Positions 9,584-17,637 of a DNA stretch of 47,846 nt are shown here, one piece after another. Both the position numbers and the translations under genes were made by a program. Source of the DNA: Bacillota bacterium. Lineage in GTDB: Bacteria > Bacillota > Dethiobacteria > DTU022 > UBA8154. How positions within the stretch are numbered: the stretch's first letter is position 1; every line of letters starts with the position of its first letter. A model generated the notes under the pieces. That model searched no databases. It was not told the origin of the DNA and saw nothing but the letters and a program-made list of their open reading frames with translations. The stretch covers positions 1 to 47,846 of the forward strand of contig JAAZMI010000042.1 in the NCBI GenBank assembly GCA_012798895.1. Reading direction: 5' to 3'.

Positions 9584-9613
9584 CTTTCTAGGTTTGAATC
9601 ATTATCTCTTTGC

Positions 9614-10366
9614 TCACAAGGGAACGACAACGGGAATTGATTGAAAACTTTCCACAGCCACCGGGACCGCATAAACCTTTTCGATATTATCCGGTGTGAT
9701 TACCTCGGCCCCGCCGGCGGCAAAGATGGTGCGTTCTTTCAATAAAATGAACTTATTGGCAAATCTGATGGCTAGATTCAGATCATGCATGGTTACCAAG
9801 GCGGCAATCTGTTGTTCTTCTACGATTTTAGTGATGATTTTCAGTACATCCAACTGGTTCTTTAGGTCCAAGTTACTGGTAGGTTCATCCAGCAAAAGCA
9901 CCCTCGGTTCCTGTGCAAGGGCACGGGCAATCACCACCTTTTGTAGTTCACCGCCGCTCAATTCATCAATATAGCGCAGGGAAAATGGTTCCAGATCAAG
10001 CATTTTTATAATCCTGTTGGCGATCTGGATATCCCGATCCGTAATGTTCCAGGTAATGTGCGGCTTCCTGCCTAAAATTACGGCATCGAACACCGTAAAC
10101 CTGTCGCCTTCTTGACGTTGAGATACATAGCCTATTTTTTGGGCGATCTCCCGGCGGTTTAACTTCGATAATTCACCCTTTTCAATGGAGATTACACCCT
10201 GCTGTGGCTTTAAAATTCTGTTGATGCACTTTAACAATGTCGATTTTCCAACGCCATTGGTGCCCAGAATGGCCAGGCAATCACCCCTGCCCACCTCAAA
10301 CTTGATCTTGTTTAGCACTAAGTGGCTGGCATAACGAAAAACAACGCCGTCGACAGACAAAATCAT
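9614..10366 (-). CDS. ABC transporter ATP-binding protein (FepC/BtuD-like, iron-chelate/cobalamin importer)
   Basis: Walker A GTNGVGKSTLLK, signature LSGGELQKVVIARAL, Walker B LLLDEPTSNLD, H-loop MHDL. The start overlaps the permease stop by 4 nt (ATGA coupling). Confidence 0.92.
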   Translation of the reverse strand: MILSVDGVVFRYASHLVLNKIKFEVGRGDCLAILGTNGVGKSTLLKCINRILKPQQGVISIEKGELSKLNRREIAQKIGYVSQRQEGDRFTVFDAVILGRKPHITWNITDRDIQIANRIIKMLDLEPFSLRYIDELSGGELQKVVIARALAQEPRVLLLDEPTSNLDLKNQLDVLKIITKIVEEQQIAALVTMHDLNLAIRFANKFILLKERTIFAAGGAEVITPDNIEKVYAVPVAVESFQSIPVVVPL

Positions 10367-11442
10367 TTTCTTTTGAACCCCCTGGATAACAGATATAGAA
10401 ATAATGGTGCGCCTAAAAAGGAGGTAACAGCGCCCACGGGCAGGATAATCGGCTTGATAATCGTCCTGGCCAGGGTATCAGCCGCCAATAACAGCAAGCA
10501 CCCCATTATCGTGGCTCCCGGGATCAGGAAGCGATGATCCCCGCCAATAAATCTTCTCATCATATGCGGTGCTACAAGCCCGATAAAACCGATAATCCCT
10601 AAAAAAGCAACAGCTACTGCCGAAATCAACGAAGAGATAGCCATGCCGCCCAGCCTTAGCCTATGAACATCCACGCCGAGCCCCTTGGCTGTTTCCTCCC
10701 CGCTGGCCAGGGCATTGTAATCCCACCTGTGCAGCATAAAATAGATGACGGCCAAAAGAACCAACGCCCCGATGAGGCCTGTGTCCCGCCAGGAGGCCCT
10801 CCCCAGATCCCCAAAGGTCCAGAAAACTATGGCGGCGATCTTAACGTCCTCGGCAAAGTACTGGATCAACGTGGTTGCCGCGGTGAAAAGCGAACCGAGG
10901 GCCACCCCGGCCAGGATCATGCCCTCCGGTGTAACGCCTACAAAGCTGGACAGAAAAAGGATCACCGTCGTCGCCACCATGGAGAACACAAATGCCGAAA
11001 TAGTAACTAGATAAGGGTTGTTGATCAGTACTGCATCGGTACTGCTGGTCTGGACAGTCCCCACTCCCAAAATAACGATGGCAAAAGCAGCGCCGAAAGC
11101 CGCCCCCTGGGAGATCCCGAGGGTAAAGGAATCAGCCAAAGGGTTTCTGAGAATGTTCTGCATCACACAACCGGCAACAGACAGGCCTGCGCCGGCCACG
11201 ATCGCTGCTATGACGCGCGGCAGCCTGATATTCCAAATAACGATTTCAAAGTTTTCACTCCCCTTGCCCAGCAGCGTCATGACCACCTGTCCCGGGGTAA
11301 GCTCCGCAGATCCGGCGCAAATAGCAAATATTCCCATACCCCCAACCAGGGCAACCAGGATGATGATCACTATCGTTTTTCTTCCGGTATATTTAAGATA
11401 ATTCCCCGGCATATCTTCTGGTTGAATCGTTTTCTGCTTCAT
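10363..11442 (-). CDS. FecCD/BtuC-family ABC importer permease
   Basis: 359-aa polytopic membrane protein with the characteristic FecCD features (RLPRVIAAIVAGAGLSVAG, C-terminal GAVTSFLGAPLFLYLL). Confidence 0.9.
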   Translation of the reverse strand: MKQKTIQPEDMPGNYLKYTGRKTIVIIILVALVGGMGIFAICAGSAELTPGQVVMTLLGKGSENFEIVIWNIRLPRVIAAIVAGAGLSVAGCVMQNILRNPLADSFTLGISQGAAFGAAFAIVILGVGTVQTSSTDAVLINNPYLVTISAFVFSMVATTVILFLSSFVGVTPEGMILAGVALGSLFTAATTLIQYFAEDVKIAAIVFWTFGDLGRASWRDTGLIGALVLLAVIYFMLHRWDYNALASGEETAKGLGVDVHRLRLGGMAISSLISAVAVAFLGIIGFIGLVAPHMMRRFIGGDHRFLIPGATIMGCLLLLAADTLARTIIKPIILPVGAVTSFLGAPLFLYLLSRGFKRK

Positions 11443-11505
11443 AAATTACACTCCTCAACCCTGCGACCAAGCATCTCGCCGTAACGTACACAGCCGGAGT
11501 TTGCT

Positions 11506-12300
11506 TTAATGAACATTGGCGTTGGCGATCCCGCCAATCAGTTCATTAAGAATCTGTCGTAAAGATTCCGTAATCTGCAGCGGTTCCCCCACCAGGTTTG
11601 CCCTAGAAATTTGTGCAGAAAAAGGCAATACGGCTGTAACCTCAATTCCTTTTTCCTTCAGCATCTCTTTTAGCTGTGCTTCAGTGTCTGCATTCACTTT
11701 ATTGAGGATCACCGAAAAAGGCTTTTCTGCCTCCTTGGCCAGCTTTGCCGCCTTCTCAGCCAACAAAACCGCCTCATAAGAAGGATCGACTACCATCAAG
11801 ACAGTATCTACCCCCTCAAGCACACCCCTGCCGAAGTGTTCTACACCGGCCTCCGTATCCACTATCACCCATTCCTTTTTTTTGTCTCTTACTTTATTCA
11901 AAAATTCACGGGCCAGCGCCCCCATCGGGCAGGCGCATCCCTCGTGGGCATGTTCAACCTTCCCAATCTGTGCCAGGCCCACAGTACCGCTCCAGGAAAC
12001 GCTGTCGGCAGCGATGTCCCCGAAAGTAAAATCCCCGGAAAACATTTTCACTTCTTCCGTGCCCTCGCTTCTTAGGGCTGCCATCAGGCTCTTACCGACG
12101 GCTTCCTTGCCGCCGAGGCTGTCCATCACTGTCCGGGCTGGCGGTTGAATATCCAACATTTTGCCCAAACCCAGATTGGATTCATCAGAATCGATAACGA
12201 GAACCTTGTCCCGCCCTTGTTCCGCCAACCCCTTGGCCAACATTGTCACCAGCGTGCTCTTGCCGCTCCCCCCACGTCCACAGATAAGTACCTTTGGCAT
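11506..12300 (-). CDS. CooC/AcsF-type P-loop NTPase (MinD/Mrp SIMIBI class; nickel-insertion accessory protein family)
   Basis: Deviant Walker A CGRGGSGKST at the extreme N-terminus, switch region IVDTEAG, and a Cys-x-Cys metal motif (HEGCACPMG) as in CooC. ATG start 9 nt after AAGGAGG. Confidence 0.7.
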   Translation of the reverse strand: MPKVLICGRGGSGKSTLVTMLAKGLAEQGRDKVLVIDSDESNLGLGKMLDIQPPARTVMDSLGGKEAVGKSLMAALRSEGTEEVKMFSGDFTFGDIAADSVSWSGTVGLAQIGKVEHAHEGCACPMGALAREFLNKVRDKKKEWVIVDTEAGVEHFGRGVLEGVDTVLMVVDPSYEAVLLAEKAAKLAKEAEKPFSVILNKVNADTEAQLKEMLKEKGIEVTAVLPFSAQISRANLVGEPLQITESLRQILNELIGGIANANVH

Positions 12301-12540
12301 ATTTGATTAGCCTCCTTTTACTGCTACCTCGATAGTAAAAACAATCATGAATATCACCAAAAACAAATTGGTAACACTTCTAGATTAAAAAAAACAACCG
12401 CATTAATATGGTAGGCTTACGATATACTGCTATCACCCACTCCCCTTTGTTTATTCCCTATTGTTCTTAGTGTTACTAATATGAAATTTGTATTACCATA
12501 GTTGTTATAGTTCTACACGGAGAAACAATATCCTGCCGGA
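12301..12540 (-). promoter_or_regulatory. unassigned leader/regulatory region (copy B) upstream of the CooC-like/importer operon
   Basis: Same ordered blocks as copy A (plus-strand text): ACGGAGAAA at 12517-12525, CCTGCCGG at 12532-12539, CTATTGTTCTT at 12458-12468. Direct 10-mers GTGTTACTAA (12470) and GTATTACCAT (12490) sit 20 bp apart. An inverted copy TTGGTAACAC lies at 12368-12377. A T8 run on the minus strand lies near 12381-12390. Confidence 0.45.
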
Positions 12541-12736
12541 TTTAAAAAATTTTAAAACCTTTTACGAAATTTCAGTAAAAAATTGCATATAATACTATTT
12601 TTAAGGAAAATGCTGCTAACGAAAATTTAATCAGACACGCAAACGGCAATGAACATGATGCAATGCTGTTCTGCATTGCCTGCCACAGCAATTAGTTTTT
12701 AAGTAGCCATTGAGATATATCAAGCTGCTGATAATA

Positions 12737-12770
12737 CATGGCTCCTTCCTGTAATTGGGAAGGAGCCATG
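12737..12770 (-). terminator. perfect 13-bp stem-loop downstream of the membrane-protein gene (probable terminator)
   Basis: CATGGCTCCTTCC, then an 8-nt loop, then GGAAGGAGCCATG. It lies 46 nt past the stop of 12816-13850. The flanking T-tract is weak. Confidence 0.45.
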
Positions 12771-12815
12771 AGGATTACCTTTTACCACTTTCTGTTAGAA
12801 GGGCAGCCTTTGTAT

Positions 12816-13850
12816 CTAACTTTTCAAGCCAAATTCTTCTTCCAATTGTTCTAACTTTTTATTTATGCGCGTAGCTTCAAAATACACATTGTAAAATTCA
12901 AAAACATCATCGCCATTGCCTGCCTTAACAAATCCTACTATTTTCTTTCGAATTTCTTCTGCATCAATACATGTTTCAGCTTTCTGATAATCCTTGTTTA
13001 AAGCAATGTAATCATAGATTTGCCGGTGCAAAATTAATAGATGCTCTAAATATTTATATAAACCGTGTCGCAGTTCAAGATATTGAGGACCGCTGGGCAT
13101 GAAAACAACGCTTCTATGTAGAGCCATCAATCTTTCAAGGTTAGATTGCACGGCATTGATAGAGCGCCGATATTTTTTTAACAACTTTTTGTTCTTAGGT
13201 AAGACATCCTCAATTAGAAGGGAATAGATGTCTCTGGTATCATCTAATTCATCCCTTATCGTCTGCCTTTTATCTTTGATAACTTCTTTCTCTACTTTTT
13301 CCTCTTTTAAAATATCGCTGATGGCATTTTCATATAGACTTTCAAACTTTGTTCGCAGGTCATCTATCTTGGACTTTAAATTTTCGGTATAATCGGGGGG
13401 CATAAAAATAACGTTCAAACCCGTGGAAACAGTTAAACCGATCAACATCCCGGAAACTCTATAGACAACCTCCATCATATTAAAATCGTTATGGTGGGTG
13501 CCCAGCGCGACTAAAGTTATTAAAGCAAACCTTATGCTTTCATTTAACCCTAATTTTATGCATATTAATATAATCGCGATGCTGCCCAGCCCCAGATAAA
13601 GGGGGTTTAATCCCAAGGTTAAAGCTATTATAAAGACAACGAGGGTGCCAATAAAGGTGGCGATCACCCTGTTTCTGAAAGTTTCCAAGCTGCCTTTAAT
13701 TGAAGGTTGCATCCCTATTATTGCCGTAATGGCCGCCATTCCGGCAATATTATATTCCACAGTGCCTATTCTCGCCTCCAAAACATCAACCAAAAATATA
13801 GTTAGTATAACCACTAATCCGGTTTTAATCGTTCGCGCTCCGATTTTCAT
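12816..13850 (-). CDS. aromatic acid exporter / FUSC-like membrane protein (UPF0421, YgaE-like)
   Basis: N-terminal MKIGARTIKTGLVV followed by about 5 TM helices, then a long charged coiled C-terminal domain. This is the typical ArAE/FUSC-family architecture. The gene is markedly AT-rich. Confidence 0.65.
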   Translation of the reverse strand: MKIGARTIKTGLVVILTIFLVDVLEARIGTVEYNIAGMAAITAIIGMQPSIKGSLETFRNRVIATFIGTLVVFIIALTLGLNPLYLGLGSIAIILICIKLGLNESIRFALITLVALGTHHNDFNMMEVVYRVSGMLIGLTVSTGLNVIFMPPDYTENLKSKIDDLRTKFESLYENAISDILKEEKVEKEVIKDKRQTIRDELDDTRDIYSLLIEDVLPKNKKLLKKYRRSINAVQSNLERLMALHRSVVFMPSGPQYLELRHGLYKYLEHLLILHRQIYDYIALNKDYQKAETCIDAEEIRKKIVGFVKAGNGDDVFEFYNVYFEATRINKKLEQLEEEFGLKS

Positions 13851-14065
13851 TAAAGATCAATCACCATTCTCTTTTTATCGTTGTAATGCCGCACTCTACC
13901 GCCTAGCTGCAGGCTACAGTGCTACCATCCTATAAAAACAAATTCTATCATAAAAAAGATACCCGCTAGTTCGGGCACCTTATTGGTATCTCGTTTATGT
14001 ACCAGTATATGCTGGGAAATAAACCGCAACCAATTCCGTGGTTTCCACAGAAAAGAAGTATCGCC

Positions 14066-15613
14066 TTAAAATTCCCGGTCGAGGCTGCGGTATTGGATGG
14101 CCTCGGCAATATGGGGGGCTTTGATATTTTTTGTACCTTCCAGATCGGCGATCGTTCGGGCTACTTTGATGATGCGATCATGTGCCCGGATCGAGAGAGC
14201 AAAAGAGTCAAAAGCACGACGTAGCAGACGCCGTGATTCAACATCAAGCGGGCACCAGGCACGCAGTTGCCGCGGGGACATGGCGGCATTGCATTCGATA
14301 CCGCTTCCCTTGAATCTTTTTCTTTGGATTGAACGAGCTTCCTCCACTCTATGCCGGATCGCCGCCGAACCCTCTCCTTCTTTTTCCGCTTCCAGCTCCT
14401 GATACAGAAGTGAGGGAACCTCCACGTGCAGGTCGATCCGGTCCATCAGCGGGCCGGAGGATTTAAGATGGTAACGCCTGATTTGAGCATCTGTGCAGGT
14501 ACAAACCCGCCGCGGGTGCCCGAAGTAGCCACAAGGGCATGGATTGCGGGAGGCAACGAGCATAAAGCTTGCCGGGTAGCGCATGGTCATCTCCGCCCTG
14601 GTGATAACAACCTCCCCATCTTCCAGCGGCTGCCGGAGGCTTTCCAGCACTTCCCGGGAAAATTCCGGGAATTCATCTAAAAATAGCACTCCCCGGTGTG
14701 CCAAAGTTACTTCCCCAGGTTGGGGAACCCTGCCTCCGCCTAGAATACCGGCCGGGGTAGCTGAATGGTGCGGCATCCGGAACGGCCGTTCGTTTATCAA
14801 AGGTTGCTCTTCTTTCAAAAGCCCGGCGATACTGTGTATCTTCGATACATCGAGGCATTCCTCAAGAGTCATGGAGGGCAAGATGGAAGGAATCCGGCGG
14901 GCCAACATCGTTTTTCCTGTCCCCGGCGGGCCCGTAAGAATCAGATTATGATTTCCGGCCGCGCTGATCTCCAACGCCCTTTTTGCTGCATGCTGCCCTT
15001 TCACTTCTTTAAAATCTAGCTGCCCTTGTTCCTTTTCCTTCTTGAATATCTTTTCCGGATCGGCTTTTGTTTCCGGAATCAAGGCCTCTCCTTTCAAATA
15101 GGCCGCCAGCTCTTGTAGATCAGCAATCCCTTTCACAGCAAGACCATCGACCAGAGAAGCCTCCAGAGCATTTTCACGGGACAATAATAGTTCATAGCGC
15201 CCTTCTTCCCTTTCTTCTTGCCATCCCCGCAACGCAGATGCCAGGGCCATCGCCCCGGGCACCCCCCGGATCTTCCCATCCAGGGAAAGTTCGCCGATCA
15301 AGATCTTTCCCTGCAGAGCACCGGCAGGCACCTGCCCGGTTGCCGCCAGAACGCCGGCGGCGATCGCCAAATCATAGGCTGTACCATCTTTTCGTAGATC
15401 AGCAGGGGCCATATTCACCGTGATGCGCCGGGCCGGAAAATCAAAACCACTGTTCTTAATCGCCGCCCGCACCCTTTCCCGGGCCTCCTTAACAGACGTC
15501 GCCGCCAACCCGACCAGGTTAAAATTAGGCAGACCACCGGCCACATCCGTCTCCACCAAAACATAATGCCCCTCCACTCCCAGCAGGGCACAGGTCGCAA
15601 CTTTGGCAAGCAA
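14066..15613 (-). CDS. comM: YifB/ComM-family Mg-chelatase-like AAA+ ATPase
   Basis: N-terminal Lon-protease-like domain (GLPNFNLVGLA...), AAA+ Walker A LTGPPGTGKTMLA, Walker B VLFLDEFPEF, Cys cluster NPCPCGYFG and a C-terminal Mg_chelatase_C region. TTG start after AAAGGGGA. Confidence 0.92.
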   Translation of the reverse strand: MLAKVATCALLGVEGHYVLVETDVAGGLPNFNLVGLAATSVKEARERVRAAIKNSGFDFPARRITVNMAPADLRKDGTAYDLAIAAGVLAATGQVPAGALQGKILIGELSLDGKIRGVPGAMALASALRGWQEEREEGRYELLLSRENALEASLVDGLAVKGIADLQELAAYLKGEALIPETKADPEKIFKKEKEQGQLDFKEVKGQHAAKRALEISAAGNHNLILTGPPGTGKTMLARRIPSILPSMTLEECLDVSKIHSIAGLLKEEQPLINERPFRMPHHSATPAGILGGGRVPQPGEVTLAHRGVLFLDEFPEFSREVLESLRQPLEDGEVVITRAEMTMRYPASFMLVASRNPCPCGYFGHPRRVCTCTDAQIRRYHLKSSGPLMDRIDLHVEVPSLLYQELEAEKEGEGSAAIRHRVEEARSIQRKRFKGSGIECNAAMSPRQLRAWCPLDVESRRLLRRAFDSFALSIRAHDRIIKVARTIADLEGTKNIKAPHIAEAIQYRSLDREF

Positions 15614-15629
15614 TTATTTTCCCCTTTCC

Positions 15630-16007
15630 TTAGAAGGCATCCTTAATCAGCTTTATTTCCTGAACAGCAAGATTTACCGAAAAAATTACGATAACTACGT
15701 CGAAGCGCGCTACATGTGTTTCCCGTTTTTTCTCCTTCAAGAAATAATAGGCCAGTTGTCTTAGTTTTTTCTGCTTGCGCAAACCGATCGATTCTTCAGC
15801 CCAACCGGCAAAAGGAAGGGTTCCCGAACGCACCTCCACGAAAACAATCGTTCCTTGATCAATGGCCACCAGATCCAGCTCACCCAAAGGACAGGTATAA
15901 TTTCTGGCGATGATCTTGTAGCCTTTCTTCTCCCGCAAATATTCGGCGGCGATCTTTTCGCCCAGCGCCCCCAGCTTTTTTTTATAACCGGTAGTCTCTT
16001 TTGCCAA
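15630..16007 (-). CDS. YraN-family (UPF0102) endonuclease-like protein
   Basis: 125 aa. GEKIAAEYL...GYKIIARNY...GELDLVA...VFVEVR is the restriction-endonuclease-like core of UPF0102. Conserved position between rnhB and comM. Confidence 0.88.
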   Translation of the reverse strand: MAKETTGYKKKLGALGEKIAAEYLREKKGYKIIARNYTCPLGELDLVAIDQGTIVFVEVRSGTLPFAGWAEESIGLRKQKKLRQLAYYFLKEKKRETHVARFDVVIVIFSVNLAVQEIKLIKDAF

Positions 16008-16028
16008 AAGAACTTGCCCCTTTTTGTA

Positions 16029-16826
16029 TTATAAGCATCTGAAAGACCGGCGGTGGATGGGGGAAAGCCCCAAAACCTGCAGGGCCTTTTTATGCTCCGC
16101 AGTGGGGTAGCCTTTATTTTGGGCGAAGCCATAACCCGGATAATCATGTTCGTAAGCCCGCATAAGCCTGTCCCTTGTCACTTTGGCCACGATGGAAGCG
16201 GCAGCAATAGAGAGACATGAGGAATCCCCGCCCCGCACAGCCTCTTGAGGATGTTCTAAATCGGGAAGCAGAAAACCATCACAAAGCACAAATTGGGGTT
16301 GGGGGCACAGTTGTTGCACTGCACGGCGCATTGCCTCCAGGGAGGCTCGGTGAATATTCAGCCGATCGATCATCGCTACATCCACTGTTCCAACGGCCAG
16401 CGCTTTGGCCCGGCCGACAATAATCCGGTAAAGTTGTTCCCTTTTTTTGGGGGAAAGTTTTTTGGAATCATTAATATCCCGCCAACAATAATCCCGCGGC
16501 GTATCAAGGATCACCGCCGCGGCTACAACCGGACCGGCCAAAGGCCCCCTTCCGGCTTCGTCCACACCGGCCACATAGATATATCCCTTTTTATGTAATT
16601 CTTCCTGTTTAGAAGCCATTTTATTTAGACGTTCTCTGAGATGCTTTTCTTTATCCTGCCGTTTAAGGAAAGAAAGTATTAGCTTTCGCACTCCCACCCG
16701 GCCATCTTTAGAGAGCGCCGCAACTTCTTGAGAGCTTAAGCCTTCCCCTGCATTAAGATATTCTTTGATAGCAGTCGTTGTCCAAGAGGAGAAATCAATC
16801 TCCTTTTTGGGGGGATAGATGCTCAT
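16029..16826 (-). CDS. rnhB: ribonuclease HII
   Basis: GVDEAGRGPLAGPVV, DSKKLS and the AASIVAKVTRD motif. Start placed at the ATG at 16826 (MSIYPPKK), overlapping the rbgA 3' end by 32 nt (the ORF track opens at 16889). Confidence 0.9.
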   Translation of the reverse strand: MSIYPPKKEIDFSSWTTTAIKEYLNAGEGLSSQEVAALSKDGRVGVRKLILSFLKRQDKEKHLRERLNKMASKQEELHKKGYIYVAGVDEAGRGPLAGPVVAAAVILDTPRDYCWRDINDSKKLSPKKREQLYRIIVGRAKALAVGTVDVAMIDRLNIHRASLEAMRRAVQQLCPQPQFVLCDGFLLPDLEHPQEAVRGGDSSCLSIAAASIVAKVTRDRLMRAYEHDYPGYGFAQNKGYPTAEHKKALQVLGLSPIHRRSFRCL

Positions 16827-17637
16827 AATCCTCGGGTTTCTCCAAACTAATTCTCCCGAGCACCCCCCTTCTAAAATCCCGTAACACAACCTGGGCAGCC
16901 TTTTCCATGTCTACTTGTCCTCCCCGCTGTATGCATCCCCGCGCCAACCCTATGGCCTGAAGCAGCGCCGCAGCGCCTTGTTCCCCTTTTGTTTCGTCCA
17001 AAGAGTAACAGCGTGCCACAGCACGAAAGGTTTTCTCCCGAAGAGAAAAATGTTTCAGCAGCCACTTGGCCGTATTCTGTACATCAATAACCTTGAAATC
17101 GAGGGCGCCAATCGCCGCCAGGGCAAACGCCCCGGCGTCATCCCTCCAGCGTGCCGGCAGTAAGCCCGGGGTATCAAGCATCTCCCACCCGCCCCGCATC
17201 TTGATCCATTGCGGGCCCCGGGTAATTCCGGCCCTCCCCCCTGTTTTGACGGCAAATTTACGAGCCAAACGGTTGATCAACGTCGATTTGCCCACATTGG
17301 GGATACCAACGACCATCAAGCGCAGCGATCGCCTGTATTTTAGATCCCGGGGCCGCCTGGCCAGCAGTATTTTTTCCAACCTCCTGGGGGTAAATGTTTT
17401 TTGGGCATTAAAAGCTAAAACGGGCCACCTCTCCCCGGCCAAGACCTTTAGCCAGTAGCCCGTAATTTTTTTATCTGCTAAATCCGCCTTGTTTAAAATA
17501 ACCAGTCTTTCTTTACGACCCAGCATCTTTTGCAATCTATAATTCCTGCTCTTAAAAGGGAGGCGGGCATCGAGCACCTCCAGGACTATATCGACAACAT
17601 GGAGGTATTCTTTTAATCTGTTTTCTTCTCCGGTCAC
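16795..17637 (-). CDS. rbgA: ribosome biogenesis GTPase A (YlqF/RbgA), circularly permuted GTPase. The 5' end is anomalous (see finding).
   Basis: Permuted G motifs: G4 NKADL, G1 GIPNVGKSTLINRL, G3 DTPG. The ORF opens with GTG exactly where orthologues have the M of WFPGHM. The preceding PG codons sit in another frame. Confidence 0.85.
   Translation of the reverse strand: MTGEENRLKEYLHVVDIVLEVLDARLPFKSRNYRLQKMLGRKERLVILNKADLADKKITGYWLKVLAGERWPVLAFNAQKTFTPRRLEKILLARRPRDLKYRRSLRLMVVGIPNVGKSTLINRLARKFAVKTGGRAGITRGPQWIKMRGGWEMLDTPGLLPARWRDDAGAFALAAIGALDFKVIDVQNTAKWLLKHFSLREKTFRAVARCYSLDETKGEQGAAALLQAIGLARGCIQRGGQVDMEKAAQVVLRDFRRGVLGRISLEKPEDYEHLSPQKGD

Noticed and set aside
9459-9600. tRNA-like GGTTCAA / GGTTTGAA motifs
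   Set aside because: There is no acceptor, D or anticodon stem arrangement around them. They are better explained as arms of intercistronic hairpins.
8022-12540. Cobalamin, Moco, NiCo, Mn (yybP-ykoY) or T-box identity for the two shared leaders
   Set aside because: There is no B12 box (GCCACTG / AGYCMGGAGACCKGCC) on the coding strand. Only fragmentary resemblances appear (GGGGAGTGG in copy B versus GGGGAGUAG of yybP; GGACAG/CTGGGCA in copy A), and they are not shared by both copies. Left unassigned rather than forced into a family.
12738-12860. Small ORFs seeded by the GGAAGGAGCCATG arms of the 12737-12770 hairpin (28-38 aa on plus, 15 aa on minus)
   Set aside because: The SD-ATG look-alike results from the palindrome. 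SD-ATG spacing is only 2 nt. The plus-strand ORF runs antisense into the 3' end of a real gene. The simplest reading is a terminator stem.
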